64,000 bases of DNA from an uncultured delta proteobacterium (GCA_963771465.1 CAVYTU010000015.1:128001-192000), one strand, 5' to 3'; numbered from the stretch's first letter, positions 1 to 11,180 are shown. Translations and numbers: made by a program. The notes: generated by a model not told the origin, from the letters alone.

Positions 1-59
1 CTCCCGTCGAAAGGTTGCGTTAACCGCCAATTTTTATGTCACACTAATTCCGTACATGT

Positions 60-971
60 CTAGCAAAACGCCGGCGCCATGGCTTCGATCTGTTTTCTCG
101 CCTCGGGTTTGATCCCTTCCACGGTGGCAAGAAAGTTCGGATGCGTCATCCCCGTGCCCAGATACGTCCAGCGCATCCCCTTCAATACCGCGTCAGCCAT
201 CTCCTGACGCTCACGCTTGGTCAGTTTTCTGCCGGTTGCGGTGATAAATGCCTCGACGTCGAACTCCGTCTGCTGTTTGATCCCATCGTCGATGAAGGCA
301 CCGATCTCCGCGTATTCCTGAAACGCCAGTTCGATCTCTTGCTCCGCAGCATTGGCCGCTAACTCTTCGACGATCAGAGTATCGAGCTTGGCATGCTGCG
401 ACTCTTCGAGCCAGTGATGCTTCAACAGGCTCTTGAACTGCGGATCGAGTTCCTGATTATCGCGCACCGCCTCGATGTAATGGCGCAGCGTGATCCATTC
501 GATGTGAAGAATCGCAATGGCAACGCCCAACGGGCTGTGCGACAGTACGAATTTTTTCACGTCTTCTGCGGGTCCAATGAAGTCACAGCGGACGCCGAAG
601 CCTTGTTCGAAATCGCGGCGAAATTCCTTGAACAGATGAATGTGTTTTGCTTCCTCACCGGCCAACGTCAGCAGTGCGCGAATCTTGTAATCGTCGCCCA
701 ACAGCTGCGCTCTTGCGTGGTCGAGTGCGTAGGGCAGAATAAATTCCTCCACCAAACCGAACATGGCGAGATATTCGTGGCCACGAATCTGGTTCAAAAT
801 GCGTTTCTCTTCGGCGGATAGAAATCCGAGGCCATTCACGTGCGCCAAAGCTTCAGGCATAAACAGCTTGGTAAAATCCAAGCGCTTGTCGGCACCGATG
901 ATGTCCTCGATGCGCCAGTTGATACGTTCCGAAGTCTCCAGCACTCCTTGATAACTATAATTGTGACCCAT
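60..971 (-). CDS. Ferritin-like diiron protein (AurF/diiron oxygenase-like)
   Basis: 303 aa, helical, two ExxH motifs (EEAKH, EESQH) plus upstream Glu residues (VEEF, HIEW); RBS AGGAGA upstream. Confidence 0.75.
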   Translation of the reverse strand: MGHNYSYQGVLETSERINWRIEDIIGADKRLDFTKLFMPEALAHVNGLGFLSAEEKRILNQIRGHEYLAMFGLVEEFILPYALDHARAQLLGDDYKIRALLTLAGEEAKHIHLFKEFRRDFEQGFGVRCDFIGPAEDVKKFVLSHSPLGVAIAILHIEWITLRHYIEAVRDNQELDPQFKSLLKHHWLEESQHAKLDTLIVEELAANAAEQEIELAFQEYAEIGAFIDDGIKQQTEFDVEAFITATGRKLTKRERQEMADAVLKGMRWTYLGTGMTHPNFLATVEGIKPEARKQIEAMAPAFC

Positions 972-1023
972 AATCTAATCTCCTTTTTGATTTTTGGCTT
1001 AGCGCTGCTTGCAAAGGAGTTAG

Positions 1024-1040
1024 AGCGGGAAACGTGCCAA
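1024..1040 (-). promoter_or_regulatory. Sigma54 (-24/-12) promoter of the diiron gene
   Basis: Minus strand TTGGCACGTTTCCCGCT has GG-N10-GC with a perfect TGGCAC -24 box, ~50 bp before the ATG and next to a sigma54 activator gene. Confidence 0.75.
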
Positions 1041-1106
1041 CGCGGAGAAAGTCTGAGAAGTGTGAAGAAACCAAGAGTTAGAAGACTTAAAGCCACGCAA
1101 CGAAGT

Positions 1107-1160
1107 CACGAAATTACGTCAGCGATGAAATCTCGTGAGCCAAAGAAATGATTTTTCGTG
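1107..1160. promoter_or_regulatory. Three imperfect palindromic upstream activator sites
   Basis: CACGAAATTACGTC (1107-1120), GATGAAATCTCGTG (1124-1137), AATGATTTTTCGTG (1147-1160); consensus CACGAAATTTCGTG, 70-120 bp upstream of the -24 box. Confidence 0.6.
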
Positions 1161-1168
1161 AGCGGAAC

Positions 1169-3100
1169 TTACGACTGACGCTGGCGCTCGATGCCGAGTG
1201 CCTTCATGCGCGAGCTGAGGGTGCTGGGTTTCATGTCAAGCAGCTTGGCGGCGCCGTTATCTCCGGCGACCTTCCATTGGCTGGTTTCAAGGGCGGATAT
1301 TATATTGTTCCTTTCCATCGCTTCGAGTTCCTTGGCTGTGCGCACACGCTGAGTGTTATCGCTTCTGTCGGCGAGCACGGTGGCGATCGATCGCAAGCTT
1401 TCCGGCAGGGCGCGATCGAGGTTCAGCCGACCGTCGCGCGAGGTAATCACCGCGCGCTCGATGATGTTTTGCAGCTCGCGCACGTTGCCCGGCCAGCGAT
1501 AGGCTTCCAGCCGGCGGATGCAATCGAGAGAGAGCGCTTCCATCGATCGGCCCATGTTCTTGGCGAATTTTTGTGCAAATGCAGCAGCTAGAATACCGAT
1601 ATCGCCGTGGCGCTCGCGCAGAGGCGGCAACCGGATCGGAAACACATTCAGCCGATAGTATAAATCTTCGCGAAACTTGCCCTCGTTAACGGCCCGCTCA
1701 AGGTCACGGTTGGTGGCCGACAAAACACGCACATCGACCGTGCGAGTCTGCGAGCTGCCGACGGGTTCGAACTCGCCTTCTTGCAGCACCCGCAAGAGTT
1801 TGGTCTGCAAGTCGAGCGGCAGTTCGCCGATCTCGTCCAAGAAAATGGTGCCGCCGTTGGCCAAGGCGAATCGTCCGTCGCGCTTTTTGGTCGCGCCGGT
1901 GAACGCGCCGGCTTCGTGACCGAAGAACTCACTCTCGATAAGCGTCGCCGGAATCGCCGCGCAGTTAACTTTGATGAGAGGTCTTTGCCGCCTTTGGCTC
2001 GCATGGTGAATCGCCCGTGCGATGAGTTCTTTGCCGGTTCCGGTCTCGCCGAGAATCAGCACCGTCGCATCGGTGCCGGCCACCTCCTGAACGTCCCTAA
2101 GCACACTGTGCAAAGCTTCGCTCTGGCCAACAATTTCATCCGCGCCAAACAAAGATTTGATCTCTTCGCGCAGATACTCCGCTTCCACGGTCAACGAGTG
2201 AATTTTCTGTTCGGCCTCGAGCCGATCGTTAACGTTTCTAAAAATAACGGTGTAGAAAGGTTCGCGCTCAATGTCGAACCGAGACAGCGTTGCCTCCGCT
2301 CGAAACGGCAAATCGCTCTCGGTAGTCGCGTCCAATCCGCCGGAAATCCATAGGGAGCGTTGACCGTCAGAGCGAGAATCGAGATCGATAATCAAGCGCG
2401 CCAGCTTCTCGCGCGAGTCGGCGGACAGAAATTGGGTAAACGTTCGCCCGATGATCGCTGCCGTGCCGCGGCCCATCACCTTTTCCGCTGCGGGATTCAT
2501 CTGCGTGATCGTCAAATGCTGATCGAGCTCGATGATCGCGTCCATGGCGCTGCCGACCAAGCGGCCAAGCTTCTGTTCGCGCTCACGCACCTGCGCTTCG
2601 GCGCGCAGACGGCGCAGTTCAGCTCCCGCTCGGGCGGCGAAGATTTGAAATAGAGCTTGGGCGCGCGGCTCGGCAGGCATCGGCCGCAGGTCGAGCACCG
2701 CCAAGTGGCCGAGAACTTTTCCATCGAGATCGAGCAACGGCATGCCCATGTAGCTCGCCGCACCGATGGCCCGCACGTCCGGATTGTTGCCGTAAATATC
2801 GAGGAGATTGTCGGGGATATGGACAAGGCGACGCTCGTCGACCACCCGCTCACAGGCGGTTCCATCGACCACCATCTCCCAACCATCGAGCCATTGATCG
2901 CCCATCCGAAAGGCCAGTGCTTTTAATCGGCGTGATTCGGGAAAATACTCGGTGACCCACGCGCCATGCGTGTTTAATGCAAGGGCAAGATTTTTTACCA
3001 GGGCTTGAAAAAATTCCGTACCAGTCTGAGTCGCAGTGCCCTCAAGAATTGTTCTGAGTGCGGTATCGACATCGAAATCTTGCAGCGGTGAACGATCCAT
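1169..3100 (-). CDS. Sigma54-dependent transcriptional activator (GAF-PAS-AAA+-Fis HTH)
   Basis: GETGTGKE Walker A, GAFTGA loop, [19 protein letters not shown]-terminal [12 protein letters not shown]; N-terminal GAF and PAS domains. Confidence 0.95.
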   Translation of the reverse strand: MDRSPLQDFDVDTALRTILEGTATQTGTEFFQALVKNLALALNTHGAWVTEYFPESRRLKALAFRMGDQWLDGWEMVVDGTACERVVDERRLVHIPDNLLDIYGNNPDVRAIGAASYMGMPLLDLDGKVLGHLAVLDLRPMPAEPRAQALFQIFAARAGAELRRLRAEAQVREREQKLGRLVGSAMDAIIELDQHLTITQMNPAAEKVMGRGTAAIIGRTFTQFLSADSREKLARLIIDLDSRSDGQRSLWISGGLDATTESDLPFRAEATLSRFDIEREPFYTVIFRNVNDRLEAEQKIHSLTVEAEYLREEIKSLFGADEIVGQSEALHSVLRDVQEVAGTDATVLILGETGTGKELIARAIHHASQRRQRPLIKVNCAAIPATLIESEFFGHEAGAFTGATKKRDGRFALANGGTIFLDEIGELPLDLQTKLLRVLQEGEFEPVGSSQTRTVDVRVLSATNRDLERAVNEGKFREDLYYRLNVFPIRLPPLRERHGDIGILAAAFAQKFAKNMGRSMEALSLDCIRRLEAYRWPGNVRELQNIIERAVITSRDGRLNLDRALPESLRSIATVLADRSDNTQRVRTAKELEAMERNNIISALETSQWKVAGDNGAAKLLDMKPSTLSSRMKALGIERQRQS

Positions 3101-3201
3101 TGCTGAACAGGTGCAGTTACTTGAACGGACTGAGAGAACTCATCGTCGATCCAAACGCCCCTACGCGGCGGCTCGCAGGAGAGGTTTGATAAACAACGCA
3201 A

Positions 3202-3636
3202 TCAGAATGGAATATCGTCATCGCCCGGTGGCTGGCCGCCGGGCATGCCGCCCATGCTCAAATCGTCGGCGTGGCCGCCTTCGGCTTGCGGCGCCAACCG
3301 TGTGCCGCCTCCGCCGCCGAGAAATTGAACCCGCTGGGCGACGACCTCGGTGACGTAGCGTTTGTTGCCGCTTTTGTCGTCATAGGAGCGCGTGCGAATG
3401 CTGCCTTCGATGTAGACTTGACGCCCCTTGGCCAAATATTGGCCGCAGTGCTCGGCCGTCTTGCCCCACACCACGATGTTGTGCCACTCGGTGCGTTCCT
3501 GGCGTTTGCCCTCGCGATCGTTCCAGACCTCGGACGTAGCGATGGAAAAATTCGCCACGGCGCTGCCGGTGTTGGTAAAACGAACCTCGGGATCCTTGCC
3601 GAGATTACCGACTAAGATCACTTTGTTGACCGACAT
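3202..3636 (-). CDS. ssb: Single-stranded DNA-binding protein
   Basis: [16 protein letters not shown] start, [10 protein letters not shown], acidic DDDIPF tail. Confidence 0.98.
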   Translation of the reverse strand: MSVNKVILVGNLGKDPEVRFTNTGSAVANFSIATSEVWNDREGKRQERTEWHNIVVWGKTAEHCGQYLAKGRQVYIEGSIRTRSYDDKSGNKRYVTEVVAQRVQFLGGGGGTRLAPQAEGGHADDLSMGGMPGGQPPGDDDIPF

Positions 3637-3739
3637 GAGAACCTCCGAGTGGCAATCAGCGCCACCATGGAAAAAGTTTGGTTAACTTATCCCCGGTATT
3701 TCGCGGAGTCAACCAGCGATTGCGCATTTGCCGCGCGCG

Positions 3740-3768
3740 TTGATTTTTTACTGACCGTACTCTAACAT
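3740..3768 (+). promoter_or_regulatory. Putative sigma70 promoter of plsC-rnj
   Basis: TTGATT-N17-TAACAT. Confidence 0.45.
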
Positions 3769-3818
3769 GACTCAGTGTTTTGCGATCTCCGGTGCCCCTC
3801 GAGTTCTGATAAATCTCG

Positions 3819-4598
3819 ATGCTCTATTTCATTCAGCTAAGTTTTTTTGCGCTGTTGACGGTTCTTCTCGCGCTTGTGACGATCGCTTGCGGCATCTTTG
3901 AAACCCATGGCAAAAAAGCCTACCGCATCAATCAATTGTGGACTTGGATAATCTTGCGTGTAGCTGGCATTAAGCTAAAAATCAACGGCTTGGAGAACAT
4001 CGATCCGCAGCGCCAATATGTTTTCGTCGTCAATCATCAAAGCAACATCGATATCCCGGTACTGGTTCAGTCGCTGCCCAAGTTTCAACTGCGTTGGATC
4101 GCCAAGAAAGAGCTGCTTCATGTGCCTTTTTTTGGCTGGGCGATGTGGGCGACCAAGCATGTGACCATTGACCGTTCCGACCCTCAAGATGCGGTGAAAA
4201 GCTTGACCCGTGCCAAGGCGCGGCTCGGCGTGGGAATTTCTCTGGTGATTTACCCGGAAGGCACGCGCAGCCGTGACGGCCGTTTGCAGCGCTTTAAGAA
4301 GGGCGGCTTTTTGCTCGCCGTGCAGGCCAACACGCCGATCGTTCCCATTACCGTTAGCGGCAGCGCTCGAGTTTTACCCATCGGCGCTTGGCGCTTGCGG
4401 CCCGGAACCATCGACGTCACCATCGACAAACCGGTGTCGGTCGAAGGCTTTCGACCAGGAAATCTCCGCCTGCTGGTCAATCAAGTTCATACCACCATCG
4501 ATTCGCGGCTGCGCGCGCCTGAGCGCCGCAGCGCGCACGAGGAGATAATGGAAAACAGCGTGATCGGCCACAAGCCGATCGAGAAACCGAGCGTGTAA
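3819..4598 (+). CDS. plsC: 1-acyl-sn-glycerol-3-phosphate acyltransferase
   Basis: NHQSNID (HxxxxD), YPEGTRS, FKKGGF motifs. Confidence 0.9.
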   Translation: MLYFIQLSFFALLTVLLALVTIACGIFETHGKKAYRINQLWTWIILRVAGIKLKINGLENIDPQRQYVFVVNHQSNIDIPVLVQSLPKFQLRWIAKKELLHVPFFGWAMWATKHVTIDRSDPQDAVKSLTRAKARLGVGISLVIYPEGTRSRDGRLQRFKKGGFLLAVQANTPIVPITVSGSARVLPIGAWRLRPGTIDVTIDKPVSVEGFRPGNLRLLVNQVHTTIDSRLRAPERRSAHEEIMENSVIGHKPIEKPSV

Positions 4599-4599
4599 T

Positions 4600-6255
4600 A
4601 TGGCACCCCTAAAAATCATTCCTCTCGGTGGTCTCGGCGAGTTCGGCCTCAATATGATGCTCATCGAGTACGGCGATGCGGCCATCGCCGTCGATTGCGG
4701 CCTGATGTTTCCCGACGCCAATCTGCTCGGCATCGACCTGGTGATCCCCGACGTGAGCTATCTGCTCGAAGACAGCGACAAGCTCAAAGCGATCGTACTG
4801 ACCCATGCCCATGAAGATCATGTCGGCGCGCTGCCGTATATTCTCAAGCACATCGATGTGCCGATCTACGGCACGCGGCTGACTCTTGGCCTGCTCGCCA
4901 ATAAGCTCAAGGAGCACGATCTTGAAGACAGCGCCGACGTGCATGAAATCACCGCCGGCGAGCCCTGGGACATCGCGCCGTTTCGCGTCGAAGGCATTCG
5001 GGTCACCCATAGTTTAATGGATTGCGTGGCGCTCGCCATCGAGACGCCGGTGGGGACGATCATCCACACGGGAGATTTCAAGATCGACAACACGCCCATG
5101 GAAGGCGAAATGTTCGACTTCCAACGCTTCGCCGCCTACGGCGAAAAGGGCGTGCTATTGTTAATGTCGGACTCGACCAACGTCGAGCGCAGCGGCCACA
5201 CGCCGTCGGAACGTGAAGTCGGCACAACCTTGGAACAGATCATCGAGCACAGCACTGGCAAAGTGCTGGTATCGACTTTCTCATCGAGCATCCCGCGCAT
5301 CCAACAAGTCATCGATATCTCCGAACGCTGCGGCCGCCGCTTGGTCTTAAGCGGGCGGAGCATGATTCGCAACAGCCAAGTCGCCGCCGACCTGGGCTAT
5401 CTGCATTTGCCGCGCAGTTTCATGACCGAGAGCGAGCGCTGGCATGATCTGCCGGCGGACCAACTAACATTTCTCACCACCGGCAGCCAAGGCGAGCCGC
5501 TTTCGGCGCTCCACCGCATCGCCTTGAACGATCACAAATCGATCAAGGTCGAGCCCGGAGATACGGTGATTCTTTCGTCGAAATTCATCCCCGGCAACGA
5601 AAAAACGATTTCCAATCTGATCAATCATCTCTACCGGCGCGGCGCCGAGGTGCACTATGAGAAAGTTTCTGAAATCCATGTTTCAGGCCACGCCAGCCAG
5701 GAAGAGCTAAAAACCATGCTGCAGCTGACCCGGCCGCGTTATTTCGTGCCGATCCACGGCGAGTATCGCCACCTGGTGCGCCATCGCCGCTTGGCCCAAG
5801 ACGTCGGCCTGCCTGAAGAAAATTGTTTCATTCTTGAGGACGGCGATGTCTTGGAACTGACCGCCAACAGTGCGCAGAAAACCCAACCGATCCGAGTGGG
5901 CCGTGTCTTCGTCGATGGCAAGGGCGTAGGCGATGTCGGCGACGTGGTGATCCGCGATCGGCGTCATCTGTCGGAAGACGGCATGGTACTCGTGGTCATG
6001 GCGATTCACCAGCAGTCCGGCGAGCTGGTCGCCGGGCCGGAACTGATCTCGCGCGGATTCATGCTCGCCGAGGAAAGCGAAGAGGTCTTGGAGAGCGCCA
6101 GGCACGAAGTCATCGCGACCTTGGACAGCATGAATCGGGAAACCCGCACCGATCCGGCGGAGCTCAAAGAAGAAGTGCGCAAGACCCTGCGCCGCTTCTT
6201 TCGCAAAAAACTCGAACGCCACCCGGTGGTGCTCCCGTATATTATTGAAACATAA
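4600..6255 (+). CDS. rnj: Ribonuclease J
   Basis: IPLGGLGEFG start, THAHEDH metallo-beta-lactamase motif, TGSQGEP, HVSGHA. Confidence 0.96.
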   Translation: MAPLKIIPLGGLGEFGLNMMLIEYGDAAIAVDCGLMFPDANLLGIDLVIPDVSYLLEDSDKLKAIVLTHAHEDHVGALPYILKHIDVPIYGTRLTLGLLANKLKEHDLEDSADVHEITAGEPWDIAPFRVEGIRVTHSLMDCVALAIETPVGTIIHTGDFKIDNTPMEGEMFDFQRFAAYGEKGVLLLMSDSTNVERSGHTPSEREVGTTLEQIIEHSTGKVLVSTFSSSIPRIQQVIDISERCGRRLVLSGRSMIRNSQVAADLGYLHLPRSFMTESERWHDLPADQLTFLTTGSQGEPLSALHRIALNDHKSIKVEPGDTVILSSKFIPGNEKTISNLINHLYRRGAEVHYEKVSEIHVSGHASQEELKTMLQLTRPRYFVPIHGEYRHLVRHRRLAQDVGLPEENCFILEDGDVLELTANSAQKTQPIRVGRVFVDGKGVGDVGDVVIRDRRHLSEDGMVLVVMAIHQQSGELVAGPELISRGFMLAEESEEVLESARHEVIATLDSMNRETRTDPAELKEEVRKTLRRFFRKKLERHPVVLPYIIET

Positions 6256-6385
6256 ACAAAGAAATCGCTCGCATCTGGACGTCAAGTTTGGCAATTAATA
6301 TTCTTAACGTTGGCGCCATTGCGCGAGATCATCATTTCTTGAAGTGGCGTTTGAAAAGCGTAATTCTCATTGAAGGAAGTCAGCT

Positions 6386-8680
6386 ATGCCAGCAGTGAGC
6401 GAAAAAGGCCGGCTCAACCGTGAAATCTGGGGCGTGATCGTCGGTCTCACTGCCCTATTGATCGCCATCAGTCTGGTCTCGTTCAACGTCAACGACCGCT
6501 CGTTCAATACGCCGTCGGGCGAGATCAGCGCGCAAAATTGGGGCGGCTTCGTCGGCGCCTTTCTCGCCGACGTGCTGCTTCAGGGACTTGGGCTATCGTC
6601 ATACTTGCTGCCGGTGTTTCTTTGCATCGCCGCGGCGCAACTGTTTCGCGCCAGCTACCAAGGCGTGCGGATCACCAGGGCAGCCGGTTATTTGATTCTA
6701 CTCATCAGCGTCGGCGTGATTTTGAGCGTCATTATCGACAGCGAGAGCGCGCGCGATTCCGGCGGCATCGTCGGCGGCTTTTTGAAAGAAAGCGTACTGG
6801 TGCCGCTATTCGGCCCACTGAGCGCGATTCTCATCGCTTTTTTCACCTTGCTACTCTCAGTGATGCTGCTGACACAGAACTCGCTACTCGACTTGATTGG
6901 CCATACGAAGAAAAACTTTTTCGAGTTCAAGAAATCCTTACTGCCGGCATTTAACGACCGGCTGAGAGAATTCAAAGAGAAAAAAGAAAAACGCAAAGGC
7001 GAAAACACCAAAAAAGACAAAAAAGATTACATCCCGCCGCCGATCGTCATGAAGGAGGATTTCAGCGACGAATCGAAAGGCGAATCCAAAAGCGATTTCT
7101 TGTTCAAAAGACCGGTCAAAAAACCACCTCTGCCGCCGGAGCAATTCAAGCTGCCTGAGGTTGGCGAAGGCTACAAGTTGCCGCCGTTGGATTTGCTGGA
7201 CCCACCCGAGCGCGAGCAAATCAAAGTTGATAAAGACACGCTCCACGCCAACTCGCTGATCCTGCAAAAAAAGCTCGAAGACTTCGGCGTCGAAGGCGAA
7301 GTGGTCGCGGTGCGCCCTGGACCGGTTATCACGATGTACGAGTTCAAGCCGGCGCCCGGCGTTAAAGTCCGGCGTATCGTCATGCTCGCCGACGATCTCG
7401 CCATGGCGCTGCGCGCCGTCAGCGTGCGCATCCTGGCGCCGATCCCAGGCGAGGCGGTGGTCGGTATTGAAATTCCCAACCCGCGCCGCGAAACTGTCTA
7501 TCTACGAGAATTGATCGAGAGCGAGACTTATCGCGGCTCCGATTCGAAGATCACGCTGGCGCTCGGCAAAGACATCGGCGGCGCGCCCTTCGCGACCGAC
7601 CTGGGCAGGATGCCGCACCTGCTCGTTGCTGGAGCCACGGGCACCGGCAAGTCGGTGTCGATCAACGCGATGATCTTGAGCATCCTTTTTAAGTCGAGTC
7701 CGCAAGACGTCAAATTCATCATGGTCGACCCTAAAATGCTCGAGCTGACGGTTTACGAAGACATCCCGCATCAGCTCGTGCCGGTGGTCACCGACCCCAA
7801 AAAGGCGGCCGCGGCTTTGTTTTGGGCGATGGAAGAAATGGATCGGCGCTATCGTCTAATGAGAGACAAAGGCGCGCGCAATATCGACAATTACAACCGT
7901 ACTCTGGAGCGGGAGGCAGGCAATAAGAAAAGCGTGATCGATCTCACCGAAGCAGAGACCATGGAAGAGTTGCCCACCCCGGCTATCGGCGGCAATTTAT
8001 CAAAGGACGCGCCGCTGGCGCACGCCCGGCTGCCGCGCATTGTCATCATCATTGACGAATTGGCCGATCTTATGATGACCGTCGGCCGCGACATAGAAGA
8101 ATACATCACCCGATTGGCGCAAAAGGCCCGGGCGGCAGGCATTCATTTGATCCTCGCCACCCAGCGTCCGTCGGTGGATGTCATCACTGGACTGATAAAG
8201 GCCAACTTTCCGGCGCGAATTTCCTTCCAGGTCACTTCTCGGATCGATTCGCGGACGATTCTCGACTCCATGGGCGGCGAAAAGTTGCTCGGTAACGGTG
8301 ATCTGCTCTTTATGCCGCCCGGGACCGCGCGCTTGACCCGTATCCACGGCGCCTTCGTTTCCGACCAGGAAGTACGTAAGGTGATGAAGTTCATCAAGGC
8401 CCAGGGCCGGCCTAACTACCGCCCCGAAGTGCTTGAAGCGAAAAAAGAAACCGAAGCTGCCGCATTGGCGGACGAAGAATACGACGAGATGTACGATCAG
8501 GCGGTGGCGATCGTCACCGAAACCCGCCAAGCGTCGATCTCTATGGTTCAGCGCCGCTTACGTGTAGGATACAATCGCGCCGCTCGGATGATCGAGCAGA
8601 TGGAGCGCGACGGCGTGATTGGTCGGGCGGACGGCGCCAAACCAAGAGAAGTGTATGCGAGAAAACTCGATGAAGACTAA
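6386..8680 (+). CDS. ftsK: DNA translocase FtsK
   Basis: N-terminal TM domain, PHLLVAGATGTGKS, LATQRPSVDVITG, gamma domain QRRLRVGYNRAAR. Confidence 0.97.
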   Translation: MPAVSEKGRLNREIWGVIVGLTALLIAISLVSFNVNDRSFNTPSGEISAQNWGGFVGAFLADVLLQGLGLSSYLLPVFLCIAAAQLFRASYQGVRITRAAGYLILLISVGVILSVIIDSESARDSGGIVGGFLKESVLVPLFGPLSAILIAFFTLLLSVMLLTQNSLLDLIGHTKKNFFEFKKSLLPAFNDRLREFKEKKEKRKGENTKKDKKDYIPPPIVMKEDFSDESKGESKSDFLFKRPVKKPPLPPEQFKLPEVGEGYKLPPLDLLDPPEREQIKVDKDTLHANSLILQKKLEDFGVEGEVVAVRPGPVITMYEFKPAPGVKVRRIVMLADDLAMALRAVSVRILAPIPGEAVVGIEIPNPRRETVYLRELIESETYRGSDSKITLALGKDIGGAPFATDLGRMPHLLVAGATGTGKSVSINAMILSILFKSSPQDVKFIMVDPKMLELTVYEDIPHQLVPVVTDPKKAAAALFWAMEEMDRRYRLMRDKGARNIDNYNRTLEREAGNKKSVIDLTEAETMEELPTPAIGGNLSKDAPLAHARLPRIVIIIDELADLMMTVGRDIEEYITRLAQKARAAGIHLILATQRPSVDVITGLIKANFPARISFQVTSRIDSRTILDSMGGEKLLGNGDLLFMPPGTARLTRIHGAFVSDQEVRKVMKFIKAQGRPNYRPEVLEAKKETEAAALADEEYDEMYDQAVAIVTETRQASISMVQRRLRVGYNRAARMIEQMERDGVIGRADGAKPREVYARKLDED

Positions 8681-9344
8681 ACTGGCATTTGGATTTGTCG
8701 CTGCCTTAGGTTTTGCCGCTGTAACTCTGAGCGAAATGCGCATAAGCAGCGCGGCGGACAGCAACGCCGCAGACGCGGTCATCGACGCGCTCCAGAAAAG
8801 CTATGACGCTACCACCGATTTCGTCGCCGACTTCCGCCAAGACACCGAAGTCAAAACCCTTAACCGCACCATGAAAGCGAACGGCAAACTGACTTTTAAG
8901 CGTCCTGGAAAAATGTTTTGGCGCTACGAAGAACCGAAGGATCAGTTTGTCATAACCGACGGCAAGCATCTTTATTTTTATCAGCCGGATCAGAATCAGG
9001 TAGTTAAGACTCCGCTGAAGAATGCCTTTCGCGGCGATATTCCGCTGTCGTTCCTGCTTGGTTTGGGCAACTTGAAAAAGGACTTCAATGCGACGCTCAA
9101 ATCTAGCGACGAGCGCGAAAACGTTTTGCGCCTCGAGCCCAAGGGCGAAGCCGGCGGCTTTAGCGAAGTCCTCGTCGGCGTGAGCAAGTCCGCTTCCGAC
9201 ATTGTCTGGGTGAGCGTGCGCGACGCCGCCGGCAATTTGACCACGCTGCGCTTTACCAATATGCGCAAAGGCGTCGGCGTCAATGACTCGCTGTTTCAAG
9301 TAAAGATTCCCAACGGCGCCGATGTCGTAGAGCTCGGGCAATAA
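8670..9344 (+). CDS. lolA: Outer-membrane lipoprotein carrier LolA
   Basis: Signal peptide from ATG 8670 overlapping the ftsK end; ADFRQ, KRPGKMFWRY, DGKHLYFYQPDQNQV; conserved ftsK-lolA order. Confidence 0.9.
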   Translation: MKTKLAFGFVAALGFAAVTLSEMRISSAADSNAADAVIDALQKSYDATTDFVADFRQDTEVKTLNRTMKANGKLTFKRPGKMFWRYEEPKDQFVITDGKHLYFYQPDQNQVVKTPLKNAFRGDIPLSFLLGLGNLKKDFNATLKSSDERENVLRLEPKGEAGGFSEVLVGVSKSASDIVWVSVRDAAGNLTTLRFTNMRKGVGVNDSLFQVKIPNGADVVELGQ

Positions 9345-9346
9345 CT

Positions 9347-10705
9347 TTGGAAAAACGAAAATTCAGTATCGTCAGTTTAGGCTGCGCCCGTAACCTGGTC
9401 GACTCCGAGGTCATGGCCGGACTGCTGCAACGAAACCATTTTGAGATTGTCCAGGAGCCGGCCGACGCCGAAGTCGTACTGGTCAATACCTGCGGCTTCA
9501 TCGGTGCCGCCAAAGAAGAGTCCATTGACACCATCGTCGAAATGGGCCGTCTGAAGGACGAAGGAAAAGTTAAGAAACTCATCGTCGCCGGCTGCCTATC
9601 GCAGCGCTATCCGGAAGAGCTCGCTCGTGAGCTTCCTGAAGTCGATTTGTTTATCGGCACCGGCGAGGTGCCGCGCATCGTCGAAATCTTGCGCGAGAAT
9701 GAAGTCGACCCCGGCCGCCGCCAGCATGTCGGCGTACCGAGTTACATCTACGATCACGTGACACCGCGGCTTCGCAGCACGCCTTCGTACACGGCGTTTC
9801 TCAAGGTGTCCGAAGGGTGCGACCACAAATGCGCCTTTTGCATCATTCCCCAACTGCGCGGCCCGCACCGTAGCCGTTCCATCGACTCGGTGCTTGCCGA
9901 AGCCGCAGCGCTGGCCAAAAACGGCGTAAAAGAAATCAATCTCATCGCCCAGGACTTGACTGCCTTCGGCCGTGACCGCAAGGATGGCACGACGCTTTAC
10001 GGCTTATTGCGCGAACTGGATCGAGTTCCCAATCTCCTCTGGATTCGATTGCTTTATGCCTACCCGAACTTCCTCGATAAACCCCTGCTCGACCTCATCC
10101 GGAACGGCGACAAAATCTGTAAATATATCGACATCCCCTTCCAACATGTCAGCCGCTCCCTGCTCCAACGTATGCGCCGCGGCAAAAGCGGCAGCGAAGT
10201 GCGCGAGGCGGTTAAGCGACTCCGCGAAGCGATCCCAGGTCTGACACTCCGCACCTCGTTGATCGTCGGATTTCCCGGTGAAACCGAGGCGGACGTCGAG
10301 TCGCTGCTTGACTTCGTTGAGGAAACCCAATTCGAGCGGCTCGGGGTTTTTAAGTATTCCGAAGAAGAAGGTACGGCAGCAGCCCGCATGAATGGCACTG
10401 TTGACGAAGAAGAAAAAGAGCGCCGTTGGCAGGAAGTGATGGATTTGCAGTCCAAATTGTCGCGAAAAAAGAATGAGGCCTTGATTGGCACCAATCAGAG
10501 AGTTATGATTAATGGCATTGATCTTGACGCAAACAAACTTTCGGGTCGCACTCAGGCACATGCGCCAGAAGTGGATGGCCTGGTTTTTATAGAGGAATTT
10601 GGTCGTTTGACCGACTCAAAACAACCCGAACCTGGAGCGATGACAGACGTCAGGATCACGACCGCATATGATTACGACTTAGTTGGTGAGATAACCCATG
10701 GCTAA
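9347..10705 (+). CDS. rimO: Ribosomal protein S12 methylthiotransferase RimO
   Basis: SLGCARNLVDSE, NTCGFI, radical SAM CDHKCAFC, APEVDG TRAM region; TTG start. Confidence 0.96.
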   Translation: MEKRKFSIVSLGCARNLVDSEVMAGLLQRNHFEIVQEPADAEVVLVNTCGFIGAAKEESIDTIVEMGRLKDEGKVKKLIVAGCLSQRYPEELARELPEVDLFIGTGEVPRIVEILRENEVDPGRRQHVGVPSYIYDHVTPRLRSTPSYTAFLKVSEGCDHKCAFCIIPQLRGPHRSRSIDSVLAEAAALAKNGVKEINLIAQDLTAFGRDRKDGTTLYGLLRELDRVPNLLWIRLLYAYPNFLDKPLLDLIRNGDKICKYIDIPFQHVSRSLLQRMRRGKSGSEVREAVKRLREAIPGLTLRTSLIVGFPGETEADVESLLDFVEETQFERLGVFKYSEEEGTAAARMNGTVDEEEKERRWQEVMDLQSKLSRKKNEALIGTNQRVMINGIDLDANKLSGRTQAHAPEVDGLVFIEEFGRLTDSKQPEPGAMTDVRITTAYDYDLVGEITHG

Positions 10706-11156
10706 AGCTGATCCAGATAAAGAAAAAAAACAGCGTAGAGAGTTCCTCAAGCAGGCAGCCGAGATGCTCCAGGACATGAAACGGGACCTGAGCAAGGAAA
10801 TGCAGGACCGGGTCAAAGGCGAGACAGAGGGTGTCAAAGATGAGGGGCGCGACACCTACGACCTTGCGAGCGACGAACGCGACCGCGAGATCAACTTCAT
10901 TCTCAACGACCGGGAACGGGAGAAGCTCGTCGCCATCGACGAAGCGCTGCAACGCATCAAAGAGAAATCCTACGGCATTTGCGAGAGCTGCGAAGGCGAG
11001 ATCCAGCTGGGCCGCTTAAAAATTCTGCCGTTTACCCGGCTCTGTGTGAAATGTCAGGAAGAAAACGAGCGGGAAAGCAAGCGGCAAAAAACCCTCGATG
11101 AAGAACGCGGTTACCGACGGCTTGTGCTAACCGACTTCGAAGAGGAAGGCTCCTAG
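10698..11156 (+). CDS. dksA: DksA/TraR C4 zinc-finger protein
   Basis: Coiled coil with DTYDLA (DxxDxA), YGICESC...LCVKC. Confidence 0.85.
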   Translation: MAKADPDKEKKQRREFLKQAAEMLQDMKRDLSKEMQDRVKGETEGVKDEGRDTYDLASDERDREINFILNDREREKLVAIDEALQRIKEKSYGICESCEGEIQLGRLKILPFTRLCVKCQEENERESKRQKTLDEERGYRRLVLTDFEEEGS

Positions 11157-11180
11157 TCGTCCACAGCGACAATAGGCATT

